The translations under genes were made by a program, and so were the position numbers. From Paramoeba atlantica (Eukaryota > Protista > Discosea), in assembly GCA_977017575.1 (NCBI GenBank), contig CDRNVI010000150.1:6969-70968 (forward strand): a DNA stretch of 64,000 nucleotides. Direction: 5' to 3'. Positions 11,548 to 24,040 of the stretch are shown piece after piece (position 1 is the first letter of the stretch; the number at the start of each line of letters is the position of its first letter). The notes beneath the pieces are model-generated. The model saw only the letters and a list, made by a program, of their open reading frames with translations, ran no database searches and had not been told where the DNA came from.

Positions 11548-14500
11548 TTAATGAGGTTTTTTGAATCCAATTTCATCACCAAAACCACATTCATCTCTAA
11601 TCTTTCTCTTTTTACTTTCTCTTTCTTCTCCTTCTTCTCCTTCTTCTCCTTCTTCTCTTTCCTCTCTTTGTTCTCTTTGTTCTTCTTCTCCTCCTCTTTG
11701 TTCTTCTTCTCTTTGTTCTTCTTTTCCATTTGATTCAATCTTTTCATTCCCTTCTCGTTTTGCAGGTTTAATTGAACCATCAATGAGAATGTATTTCTAT
11801 TCAAAAAAATTGTGAAAAATTCTTTGGGATTTAAAGAGAAAAAGGAAAAGAAAAACCTTCAAAAACTTCCTCACTTTTTGAGAGGAGGTGGTGTCTGCTG
11901 GTGTTTGTCCCTACAATATTTAAAACAAATCAAAAATAAGAGATTCATCAAAAAAATAAACCAAAGAAAAAAGAACCAAGTTATTTTTGATTTCAGGATC
12001 AGCACCATGTTCACACAAAAGTTTCACCATCTCCAACTCACCCCTCCTTGCAGCCACATGGAGCGCAGTATCCCCATCCTACCATTTTGGATTGAATGAA
12101 TTGTTCCCAAAGAGTACCCCAAAAACAAAGAAATGAGAAAAACCTCTGTTTTGTTGATTTCAGCACCACTTTTCAACATAAATAAAACAATCTCTTTGGT
12201 TGTTGCATTTATTCCATAATAAGACACTTGATTGAGGAGAACCATGAAAGGAGTGGAACCCTTTAAAAAAATGATTAAAATGATACTCAAACACACATTG
12301 AAAAAAATCAAATTAGAAAATACTTGATAGATTCCATTTACATCTGCTCCATTTTCAACTAAGATCTTAACAACTGGTAAATTAACAGAATGGGAAGCAC
12401 AAACTTGATAAAGAATACTCTTTCCCTGTTTTTCCAAAACCAAATTGATGGTAAATTAAAAAGAAAGAAAAAAAAGAAAGAAGAGAGAGGATTATTTTGA
12501 GGAAAGTTATTCAAAAAAAACCAACAAACTTGAACAATGAAATGTGCTCCATTTTGTAATAATAATTCAACAATATCTAAATTGTTGTTTATACATGCAA
12601 CAGCAAGAGGTGAATAACCCTCCTGTGGTGATGAAAATTTTTAATAAGACAAAGAGAAAAGAAATTTCAAAGTTTTTGAAAAAAGAAAAAGAAAAAAAGA
12701 AAATACAAATAAGTTGTGAACTCCATTGATTGGACAATTTTTAGAAATCAAAAATTGAGCCAAATCAAATTTCCCATTTTGACTTGCAAAACATAAAGCT
12801 CCAACATTCAATTCCTGGTGTGTGTGTGGAGATAAAAAAGGTAAAAAAAAGGGGGAGTGGTTGTGAATTGTGAATATTGTGTTGAAAACAGAAAAATTGT
12901 TCACAAATAAAACAAAAAATACCTCTTTCATATTCTCCAATAAATAAGAGATTACATCCATGTGACCCTCTTGACATGCCAACACAAGACCATCACTGTA
13001 CCCAACTTGAAGTTGAGCACCATGTTTGGTGAAGAAAGAAACAATTTTAAGATCTCCTAATTTACATGCAATATGAAAAGGGGTTCTCTGGAGCTGCCAC
13101 AATTTTTAGAGAGAAATTTTAAAATCTAAGTTTTTCATTTTTCCAAATAAAAATCAAAAGAGAGAAAACAGACTGGATTTTCAAAATTGATTGAAGCACC
13201 TCTTTCCACCAATAAAGTAATAATGTCAAAATGACCTCCCTCAGTTGCCTCACACAAAGCTGTCTTTCCCTTTTTGTTTCACAAAAGTTGATTTTTTAAT
13301 ACATCAAAGAAATCTCAAACAAGAGAAAGAAAAAAGAGAAAACCTCATTTCCTTGTTGATCAATCTGAAGATCTTCTATTTTCAAAAAAGTTTTGACAAT
13401 CTCTAAATTCCCTTTTTGACAAGCAATGTGAAAGGGAGACATTTCATCCTAAAAATGACAAAAGGACAAAATAGAATTCATAAATTCCTCTTTCGCCCCC
13501 CTTCAACATTCAAAAAATAAAAACATACTTTTGAAGGAATATTTGGATTAGCACCCTTTTCAAGAAGGAAAAGAACCATTTTGATATCATTCTCCAAAAC
13601 TGCAATACATAAAGGGCTCCAACCCTACCAAAAAGAGATGAAAATATTTAAACATACTTCTTTTTGTTGAGAAAGAGAAAAAATTAACAATGGATGTGGT
13701 TGGTTGGGAAAAAAAGTTGACATTTGCGCCTTTGTTGATCAATAATTGTGCCATTTCAAAATCCCCTCTTTTACAAGCACAACACAAAGAAGTTTCTCCT
13801 TCCTGTTCCCCCGCCCCAAAAAAAAGAGAAGATTGGGAAAGATTAGTTTTTTTTTGTGAAAACATTCAAAAAAACATTCAAAAAAAGTTTACATTTGTTG
13901 ACCAATCCACTTTTGCTTTGTTGTCAATCAAAAGATTTGCCATTTTAATGTCTCCCCTTTCACAACAAATCCACAAGGGCTTTTCCCTCCCTGTTCAAAC
14001 AAAACGATAAATGGAAACATGAATAAATGAATAAATGAGGAGAAAGAGAGAAAGAGAGAGAAACTATCGTTGTTTGGTCTACTGTGTCTCCTTTTTCAAT
14101 CAAAAATTTGGCAATTTCAAAGTATCCTTTTTCACAAACTGAAGATAATGCAGTCTTCTTTGGTGTTTGCTACAATCAAATAAAAATATTAGAAGAAGAA
14201 TTGAGTTGAACACACACACAACAACCAATTGAGTTGTGGAAAAAGGTGTTTTTTTTCAATGGAAAATCCGCTTTTTCCTTTTTCCTTCTTCCACAACAAG
14301 TTAAATGAAAACATGGATCAGAGAAAAAAAAAGAGAGATGATTTACTGATGACTGAAGAAGAGAAGAGCCTTTCTCAAAAAGAAACTGAACTATTTCAAG
14401 ATTCCCAAATTCACAAGCAATAATCAATGGATCTGATCCATCCTTCAAAAACCATAACAAAAGAGACAATCAATCATCAAACTTTCACTCATTTCCAAAA

Positions 14501-14839
14501 AAAAGGAGAAAAAGAAAGAGAGAAAAACCTCAGCAGCGAGACTCTCGAGCGAAGCTCCATTTTCAATCAACAAAGTAATCATCTTTAAGTCTCCTTTTTG
14601 ACATGCTCTCATCAAAGGAGTAATCCCTTTCTTTTTTCAAAACTTTCAAATCAATCTCACAACACACACACAGAGACAACAGAAGCATCACCAGAGAGGA
14701 TATGATAAAAAAAAGAAAAGAAGATGATCACCTGGCATCTTGGAGCTTGATTGACAGCCACTCTCTGACTCAAAAGGAGTTGTTTGACCTTTTCACAATC
14801 TCCCCCTTCCACAGCTTCAAACAATTGGCAGTCTGTCAT
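11548..14839 (-). CDS. Ankyrin-repeat protein, copy ANK-4
   Basis: ATG at 14839 (MTDCQLFEAVEGG). Same exon series. Ends ...GDEIGFKKPH* at 11548-11550. Confidence 0.8.
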
Positions 14840-14855
14840 TTCCCCTCTCTCTCTC

Positions 14856-14889
<34 letters not shown>

Positions 14890-15132
14890 CTTCCCTCTTT
14901 CACCCAAAAAGACTTTTCTTTTTTAGAGCACTAAAATTTATTTGTGGTTTCTTATTTCTTAATCATTTTTCTCTTCTTGGATTCTCTTTTTCTCTTGTCC
15001 TTCTCTCTCCTTGTGAACAAATTGGCAACTTATTCTTTATTGTTCGGTTTATTCCCTCTTCCCCTCTCCCCAAATAAAATAAACAATTTCTTTTTGAAAA
15101 AAAGAAGGTTTCCTTTTTCAATTTTGTGGAGG

Positions 15133-18100
15133 TTAATCCATTCGAGGTTTTTTGAATTCAATTTCATCATCACCAAAACCACATTCATCTCCAATCTTTC
15201 TCTTTTTACTTTCTCTTTCTTCTCCTTCTTCTCCTTCTTCTCCTTCTTCCCTTTGTTCTTCTACTCCTTCTCTTTGTTCTTCTTTTCCATTTGATTCAAT
15301 CTTTTCATTCCCTTCTCGTTTTGCAGGTTTAATTGAACCATCAATGTGAATGTATTCCTATCCAAAAATTGTGTTTCAATTCTTTTGCGAATTTCAAAAA
15401 TAATGAGAAAAAGAAAAAGAAAAACCTCCAAAAACTTCTTCACTGGTTGAGAGTAGGTGGAGTCTGCTGGTGTTTGTCCCTAAAATATTTTCAAAATATC
15501 AAAAATAAGAGATTCATCAAAAAAATAAATCAATAAAATCAAAGAAAAATGAACAAAGTTATTTTTGATTTCAGGATCAGCACCATATTCACACAAGAAT
15601 TTCACTATCTCCAACATACCCTTTCGTGCAGCCACATGAAGTGCAGTACTTCCATCCTATCATTTTGGATTGATGAATTGTTCCCAAAGAGTACCCCAAA
15701 AACAAAGAAATGTGAAAAACCTCATTTGTTTTGTTGATTTCAACACCATTTTTCAACAAAAATAAAACAATCCCGATTTCAGAATTCAAAGGTCTTTGAT
15801 TGAGGAGAACCATGAGAGGAGTGGAACCCTTCAAAAAAAAATGATTAAAATGATACTCAAAAACACCAATTGAAAAAAATCAAATTAGAAAAATACTTGA
15901 TAGATTCCATTTACATCTGCTCCATTTTCAACTAAGATCTTAACAACTGGTAAATTAACCAAATAGGAACCACAAACTTGATGAAGAACAGAACTCTGCC
16001 CCTATTTTTCCAAAACCAAATTGATGGTAAATTGAAAGAAAGGAAAAAAAGAAAGAAAGAAGAGAGAGGATTGTTTTGAGGAAAGTTATTCAAAAAAAAC
16101 CAACAAACTTGAACAATGAGATGTGCTCCATTTTGTAATAATAATTCAGCAATAGCCAAATTGTTGTGCAGACATGCAAGAGCCAGAGGTGATTGATTTA
16201 ACTGTGGTGATGTGAGACTTTGAAAAACACAAAGAGAAAAGAACTTTCAAAGAGTTTGAAAAAGAAAAAGAAAAAAAGAGAATACAAATTGATTGTGAAC
16301 TCCATTGATTGGACAATTTTTAGAAATCAAAAATTGAGCCAAATCAAATTTTCCTTTTTCACTTGCAAAACATAAAGGTCCAACATTCAATTCCTGGTGT
16401 GTGGAGATAAAAAATGAAAAAAAGGGGGCAGTGAATTGTGAATTGTGGAATATTGTGTTGAAAACAGAAAAATTGTTCACAAATAAAACAAAAAATACCT
16501 CTTTCATATTCTCCAATAAATAAGAGATTACATCCATGTGACCCCCTTCACATGCCAAGATAAGACCATCACTGAACCCAACTTGTTGAGCACCATGTTT
16601 GGTGAAGAAAGAAACAATTTTAAGATCTCCTAATTTACATGCAATGTGAAAGGGGTTATGGTTCCTCTGTAACAATTTTAGAGAAAATCAAAAGTTTTTT
16701 CACCTCTCCCAATAAAAAAAAAAATAAAAAAAAGAAAACAGACATGATTTTTAAAATTGATTGAAGCACCTCTTTCCACCAATAAAGTAATAATGTCAAA
16801 ATGACCTCCCAGAGTTGCCTCAAACAAAGCTGTCTTTCCCTTTTTGTTTCACAAAAGTTGATTTCAATCCAAATCTCAAACAAGAAAAAAAGAAAAAACC
16901 AGATTTCCTTGTTGATCAATCTGAAGATCTTCTATCTTAAGAAAAATTTTGACAATCTCTAAATTCCCTTTTTGACAAGCAATGTGCCATGGAGACTTTT
17001 GATTCTAAAATGACAAAAGGACAAAATAGAATTCATCAATTCCTCTTTCTCCCCCCTTCAACATAAAAAGAGAGACATTCAAAAAATAAAAACATACTTT
17101 TGAAGGAATATTTGGATGAGCACCCTTTTCAAGAAGGAAATGAACCATTTTGATATCATTCCCCAAAACTGCAACACATAAAGGACTCCAACCCTACCAA
17201 AAAGAGAGAATGAAAGGAAATCTCTTTTGTTTCAGAAATCATTTGTGAAAACTTTGAAAAATGAGAAAGAGAAAAAAGGGGTGTGGAAGAAAAAAATAAC
17301 ATGTTGTAAAGAAAAGTTGATATTTGCACCTTTGTTGATCAAAAATTGTGCCATTTCAAAATCCCCTCTTTTACAAGCACAACAAAAAGAAGTTTCTCCT
17401 TCCTGTTCCCCCGCCCCCCCAAAAAAAGGAGATTGGTAAAGATTAGTTTTTTTTATGAAAACATTCAAAAAAACATTCAAAAAAAGTTTACATTTGTTGA
17501 CCAATCCACTTTTGCTTTGTTGTCAATCAAAAGATTTGCCATTTCAAAGTCTCTCCTTTCACAACAAATCCACAAAGGGCTTTCCCCTCCCTGTTCAAAC
17601 AAAACGATCATTTTAAAAAATGGAAACATGAACAGAAAGAGAGAAAGAAAGAGAGAAACTGTCTTTGTTTGGTCAACTTTGACTCCTTTTTCAATCAAAA
17701 ATTTGGCAATTTCAAAGTATCCTTTTTCACAAACTGAAGATAATGCAGTCTTCTTTGGTTTTTGCTACAATCAAATAAAAATAAAAGAAGAAGAATTGAG
17801 TTGAACACACAACAACAATCAATGAAAAAATATGATCAGAACAAAAAAAAGAGAAATGATTTACTGCTGACCGAAGAGAATATCCTTTCTCAAAAAGGAA
17901 CTGAACTATTTCAAGATTCCCAAATTCACAAGCAAGAATCAATGAATTTGATCCATCCTTCAAAAAACCAAACAATAATCAATCCCAAATTTTCTCCTCC
18001 CAAAAAAAGAGAATCTTTTTTGGAGAAAAAGAAAGAGAAAAAAACCTGAGCAGCAAGACTCTTGAGGGAAGCTCCATTTTCAATCAACAAAGTGATCATC

Positions 18101-18351
18101 TTTAAGTCTCCTTTTTGACATGCTCTCATCAAAGGAGTAATCCCTTTCTTTTCTCAAAACTTTCAAATCAATATCACAACTCAACACACAGAATCATCAC
18201 CAGAGATAATCATGATAAAAAAAGAAGAATAGAAGATGATCACCTGGTGTTTTGGAGCTTGATTGACATCGACTCTCCGACTCAAAAGAAGTTGTTTGAC
18301 CTTTTCACAATCTCCCCCTTCCACAGCTTCAAACAATTGGTGATTTGCCAT
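15133..18351 (-). CDS. Ankyrin-repeat protein, copy ANK-5
   Basis: ATG at 18351 (MANHQLFEAVEGG). Same exon series. Stop at 15133-15135. Confidence 0.8.
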
Positions 18352-18675
18352 TTCCCTCTCTCTCTCTCTTTCTCTCTTTCTCCTCTCCCCCCAAAAAACA
18401 AACTTTTCACCAAAGACACACCAAAACCGAAAAGAGAAAAAGAGGAAAATGGCAAGTTGCTCCTTTCTTTTTAGAAAACTAAATTTAGCCATTTTCATAA
18501 TCTCCTCTCTCTTTTTGATTTCCATTTTCTCTCCTTCTTTTGTTATGAAATTGTCACCGGATGTTTATTTTTCGATTTTATTATTTTCCCCTCTCCCCCA
18601 CCCCACCACCCCAAATAAAATAAACAATTTCTTTTTTGAAAAAAGAAGATTTCCTTTTTTCAATTTTGTGGAGGG

Positions 18676-20388
18676 TTAATCCATTCGAGGTTTTTTGAAT
18701 TCAATTTCATCACCAAAACCACATTCAGCTCCAATCTTTCTCTTTTTACTTTCTCTTTCTTCTCCTTCTTCCCTTTGTTCTTCTCCTTCTTCTCTTTGTT
18801 CTTCTTTTCCATTTGATTCAATCTTTTCATTTACATCTCGTTTTGCAGGTTTAATGGAACCATCAATGTGAATGTATTCCTATCCAAAAATTGTGTTTCA
18901 ATTCTTTGGGAAATTCAACAATAATGAGAAAAAGAAAAAGAAAAACCTTAAAAAACTTCTTCACGCGTGGAGAGTAGGCAGAGTCTGCTGGTGTTTGTCC
19001 CTAAAATATTAAAAAATATTTAAAAAAGCTGAAAAAAAGAGATTCATCAAAAAAAGTGAATCAATAAATCAAAGAAGAACAGAGTTATTTTTGATTTCAG
19101 GATCAGCACCATATTCACACAAAAGTTTCACTATCTCCAACTTACCCCCATGTGCAGCCAGATGGAGCGCAGTCCTCCCATCCTACCATTTTGGGTTGAA
19201 TGAATTGTTCCCAAAGAGTACCCCAAAAACAAAGAAATGTGAAAAACCTCATTTGTTTTGTTGATTTCAACACCATTTTGTAACAAAAATAAAACAATCT
19301 CTTTGATTGTTGTATTTATTCCATAAATAGAAGTTTGGTTGAGGAGAGCCATGAGAGGAGTGCGACCCTTCAAAAAAAAAATGATTAAAAAATGACTCAA
19401 AAACACCCATTAAAAAAAAATCAAATTAGAAAATACGTGATAGATTTCATTTACATCTGCTCCATTTTCAACTAAGATCTTAACAACTGGTAAATTAACA
19501 AACTTGGAAGCACAAACTTGATGAAGAACAGAACTCTTTCCCTGTTTTTCCAAATTGATGGTAAATTGAAAGAAGAAAAAAAAGAAAGAAAGAAGAGAGA
19601 GGATTGTTTTGAGAAATAATTACTTTAAAAAAATGGAAAGATAACTTGAAAAATCGATTTGATATGAGGAGAGAAAGAGAAAAAGAGAAAGAAAGAAAGA
19701 AAGAGAAACTGGCTTTGTTTGGTCCACTTTGACTCCTTTTTCAATCAAAAATTTGGCAATTTCAAAGTCTCCTTTTTCACAAACTGAAGATAATGCAATC
19801 CTCTTTCGTGTTTGCTACATCAAATAAAAATAAACAAGAAATACTCAACAATCAAAAAATGAAAAAATATGATTAGAGAAAAAAAAGAGAGATGATTTAC
19901 CGAAATTGGCTCAAGAGAAGAGCCTTTCTCAAAAAGAAATTGAACTATTTCAAGATTCCCAAATTCACAAGCAATAATCAATGGATTTGATCCATCCTTC
20001 AAAAACCATAACAACAGAGACAATCAAAATTTTTAAAATCTTTTTTTCAAAAAAAGAAAGAGGAAAAAAACCTCAGCAACAGGGCTCGCAAGTGAAGCAC
20101 CATTTTCAATCAACAAAGTGATCATCTTTAAGTCTCCTTTTTCACAAGCTCTCATCAAAGGATTAATCCCTTCCTTTTCTCAAAACTTTCAGATCAATAT
20201 CGCAACTCAACACACACACAGAGACAACAGAATCATCACCAGAGAGGATGATGACAAAAAAAAGAAAAGAAGATGATCACCTGGTATCTTGGAGCTTGAT
20301 TGACATCCACTCTCTGACTCAAAAGAAGTTGTTTAACTCTTTCATAATCTCCCCCTTCCACAGCTTCAAACAATTGGCGGTCTGTCAT
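18676..20388 (-). CDS. Ankyrin-repeat protein, copy ANK-6: short in-frame variant lacking exons 5-12
   Basis: Nine exons (1-4, 13-17). An intron-to-intron deletion junction at about 19616 fuses intron 4 to intron 12. Exon 4 ends ..VDQTKP (phase 0) and exon 13 starts GKSSVLHQVC (phase 0). No stop found in the retained exons. Confidence 0.8.
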
Positions 20389-20667
20389 TTCCCCTCTCTC
20401 TCTCTCTTTCTTTCTTTCTCTCTCTTTCTCTTCTCTCTTTTCTCTTTCACCAAAAATACTTGTCTTTTTTAGAGCACTAAAATTTAGCAGCTAAAATATT
20501 TTAGCTTTTTTGATTCTCTTTTTCTCTGTCCTTCTCTCTCTCTCCTTGTGATGAAATTGGCAACTTATTCTTTATTTTTCGGTTTATTCCCTCTTCCCCT
20601 CTCCCCAAATAAAATAAACAATTTCTTTTTTGAAAAAAGAAGATTTCCTTTTTCAATTTTGTGGAGG

Positions 20668-23553
20668 TTAATCCATTCGAGGTTTTTTGAATTCAATTTC
20701 ATCACCACTAAAACCACATTCATCTCCAATCTTTCTCTTTTTACTTTCTCTTTCTTCTCCTTCTTCTCTTTGTTCTTCTCCTCCTTCTCTTTGTTCTTCT
20801 TTTCCATTTGATTCAATCTTTTCATTCCCTTCTTGTTTTGCAGGTTTAATTGAACCATCAATGTGAATGTATTCCTATCCAAAAATTGTGAAAAATTCTT
20901 TGCAAATTTCAAAAAGAATGAGAAAAAGAAAAAGAAAAACCTTCAAAAACTTCTTTACTTGTGGACAGTAGGCGGAGTCTGCTGGTGTTTGTCCCTAAAA
21001 TATTAAATTAAAAAAGCTGAAAAAAAGAGATTCATCAAAAAAAGTGAAATCAAAGAAAAATGAACATAGTTATTTTTGATTTCAGGATCAGCACCATATT
21101 CACACAAAAGTTTCACTATCTCCAACATACCCTTTTGCGCAGCCAAATGAAGTGCAGTACTTCCATCCTACCATTTTGGATTGATTAATTGTTCCCAAAG
21201 AGTACCCCAAAAACAAAGAAATGTGAAAAACCTCATTTGTTTTGTTGATTTCAACACCCTTTTTCAACATAAATAAAACAATCTCGATTTCAGAATTCCA
21301 AGGTCTTTGATTGAGGAGAACCATGAGAGGAGTGCGACCCTTCAAAAAATGAACGATTAAAATGATACTCAAAAACACCCATTGAAAAAAATCAAAATAG
21401 AAAATATTGGTAGATTTCATTTACATCTGCTCCATTTTCAACTAAGATCTTAACGACTGGTAAAACAAAATAGGAATCGCAAACTTGATGAAGAATACTC
21501 TTTCCCTGTTTTCCCCAAAACCAAATTGATGGTAAATTGAAAGAAAAGAAAGAAAGAAGAGAGAGAATTGTTTTGAAGAAAGTTATCAAAAAAACCAACA
21601 AACTTGAACAACGAAATGTGCTCCATTTTGTGATAATAATTCAACAATATCCAAATTCTTGTTTAGACATGCAATAGCCAGAGGTGATTGATCATTCTGT
21701 GGTAATGAAACTTTGTAAAAGACAAAGAGAAAAGAAATTTCAAAGTTTTTGAAAAAAGAAAAAGAAAAAGAAAAAGAAAAAAAGAGAATACAAATAGATT
21801 GTGAACTCCATTGATTGGACAATGTTTAGAAATCAAAAATTGAGCCAAATCAAATTTCCCTTCTTTACTTGCAAAACATAAAGCTCCAACATTCAATTCC
21901 TGGTGTGTGGAAATAAAAAAAAAGGAAAAAAAGGGGGGTGGGAGTGAATTGTGAATCTTGTGTTGAAAACAGAAAAATTGTTCACAAATAATAAAAAATA
22001 CCTCTTTCATATTCTCCAATAAATAAGAGATTACATCCATGTTACCCCCTTCACATGCCAAGATAAGACCATCACTGTACCCAACTTGAAGTTGAGCACC
22101 ATGTTTGGTGAAGAAAGAAACAATTTTAAGATCTCCTATTCCACATGCAATGGAAAAAGGGGTTCTGTTATACTGTCACAATTTTGAGAGAGAAATTTTA
22201 AAATCAAATTTTTTTCATTTATCCAAATACAATATCAAAAAGAGAAAACAGACATGATTTTCAAAATTGATTGAAGCACCTCTTTCCACCAATAAAGTAA
22301 TAATATCAAAATGACCTAGCAGAGTTGCCTCAAACAAAGGTGTCCTCCCCTTTTTTTTTTCACAAAAGTTGATTTCAATAAATCATCAAAGAAATCTCAA
22401 ACAAGAGAAAAGAAAAAAAGAAAAAACCCCATTTCCTTGTTGATCAATCTGAAGATCTTCTATCTTCAAAAAAGTTTTGACAATCTCTAAATTCCCTTTT
22501 CGACAAGCGATGTGAAAGGGAGACAGTCCCTCCTAAAATGACAAAAGGACAAAATAGAATTCATAAATTCCTCTTTCTCCCCTCCCCGCTCCAACATAAA
22601 TAAAAAAAGAGAGACATTCAAAAATAAAAACATACTTTTGAAAGAATATTTGGCTGAGCACCCTTTTCAAGAAGGAAATGAACCATTTTGATATTATTCT
22701 CCAAAACTGCAATACATAAAGGACTCCAACTCTACCAAAAAGAGATGAAAATATTTAAGCAAACTTCTTTTTCAAAAACTTTGAAAGTTGAGAAAGAGAA
22801 AAAATAACAATGGGTGTGTAACAAAAAAAAACACTTCTTTGTAAAGAAAAGTTGATATTTGCGCCTTTGTTGATCAAAAATTGTGCCATTTCAAAATCCC
22901 CTCTTTTGCAAGCACGACACAAAGAAGTTTCTCCTTCCTGTCTCCCCCCCAAAAAATAAGAAGATTGGTAAAGATGAGTTTTGTTTTTGTGAAAACATTC
23001 AAAAAAACTGAAGAAAAAACTTTACATTTGTTGACCAATCTACCTTTGCTTTGTTATCAATCAAAAGATTTGCCATTTCAATATCTCCCCTTTCACAACA
23101 AATCCACAAAGGGCTTTTCCCCCCCTGTTCAAACAAAATGATCATTCAAAAAAATGGAAACATGAATAACAGACAATCAATCCTCAAACTTTCTCTCTCC
23201 CAAAAAAAAAGACAAAAAAGAAAGAGAAAAAAACTCAGCAGGAAGACTCTCAAGTGAAGCACCATTTTCAATCAACAAAGTAACCATCTTTAAGTCTCCT
23301 TTTTCACATGCTCTTATCAAAGAAGTAATCCCTTTCTTTCTCAAACTTTCAAATCAATATCACAACACACAAAGAGACAACAGAATCATCACCAGATATG
23401 AAGGTGATCATTCAAAAAAAAAGAAGAAAAGAAGAAGATGATCACCTGGCGTCTTGGAGCTTGATTGACATCAACTTTTTGATTCAAAAGAAGTTGTTTG
23501 GCCTTTTCATAATCCCCGTCTTCCACAGCATCAAATAATTGGTGATCTGCCAT
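20668..23553 (-). CDS. Ankyrin-repeat protein, copy ANK-7: lacks exons 3-4 and has a possibly defective exon-2 donor
   Basis: ATG at 23553 (MADHQLFDAVEDG). Junction at about 23168 joins intron 2 to intron 4. The exon-2 donor reads GCTGAGTTTT where paralogues have GCTGAG|GTTTT, so one G is missing (about 23234), which would shift the phase. Confidence 0.65.
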
Positions 23554-23849
23554 TCTCTCTCTCTCTCTTTCTCTCTCACCTCCTCCAAAAAAACACCAAC
23601 AACAACCAAAAAAGAGAGAGAAAAAGATCGAAAATGGCAAGTTGCTCCTTTCTTTTGAGAAAACTAAATTTAGTCATTTTCATAATTTCCTCTTCTTTTT
23701 GATTTTCATTTTCTCTCTCTCTTTTGTCACATTTATTTTTTATTTTTCTATTTTATTATTTTCCCCCTCTCCCCCCACCCCACCACCCCAAATAAAATAA
23801 ACAATTTCTTTTTTGAAAAAGAAGATTTCCTTTTTCAATTTTGTGGAGG

Positions 23850-24040
23850 TAAATCCATTCAAGGTTTTTTGAATTCAATTTCATCACCACCAAAACCACC
23901 ACATTCATCTCCAATCTTTCTCTTTTTACTTTCTCTTTCTACTTTCTCTTTCTTCTCTTTCTTCTCTTTCTTTTCTTTCTTCTCCTTCTTCTCTTTGTTC
24001 TTCTTTTCCATTTGATTCAATCTTTTCATTCCCATCTCTT
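23850..24040 (-). pseudogene. Isolated fragment of the last exon of an eighth ankyrin copy
   Basis: Matches the terminal exon (DGNEKIESNGKEEQRE...GDEIEFKKP), but the stop codon is altered and homology breaks off abruptly at about 24040 into unrelated sequence. Confidence 0.75.

Larger units (their letters stand above)
1149..24040 (-). repeat. Tandem array of about 3.2-3.6 kb ankyrin gene units (7 genes plus a fragment)
   Basis: The same exon, intron and spacer sequences recur, with stops at 1149, 4543, 7980, 11548, 15133, 18676, 20668 and a remnant near 23850. Confidence 0.95.
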
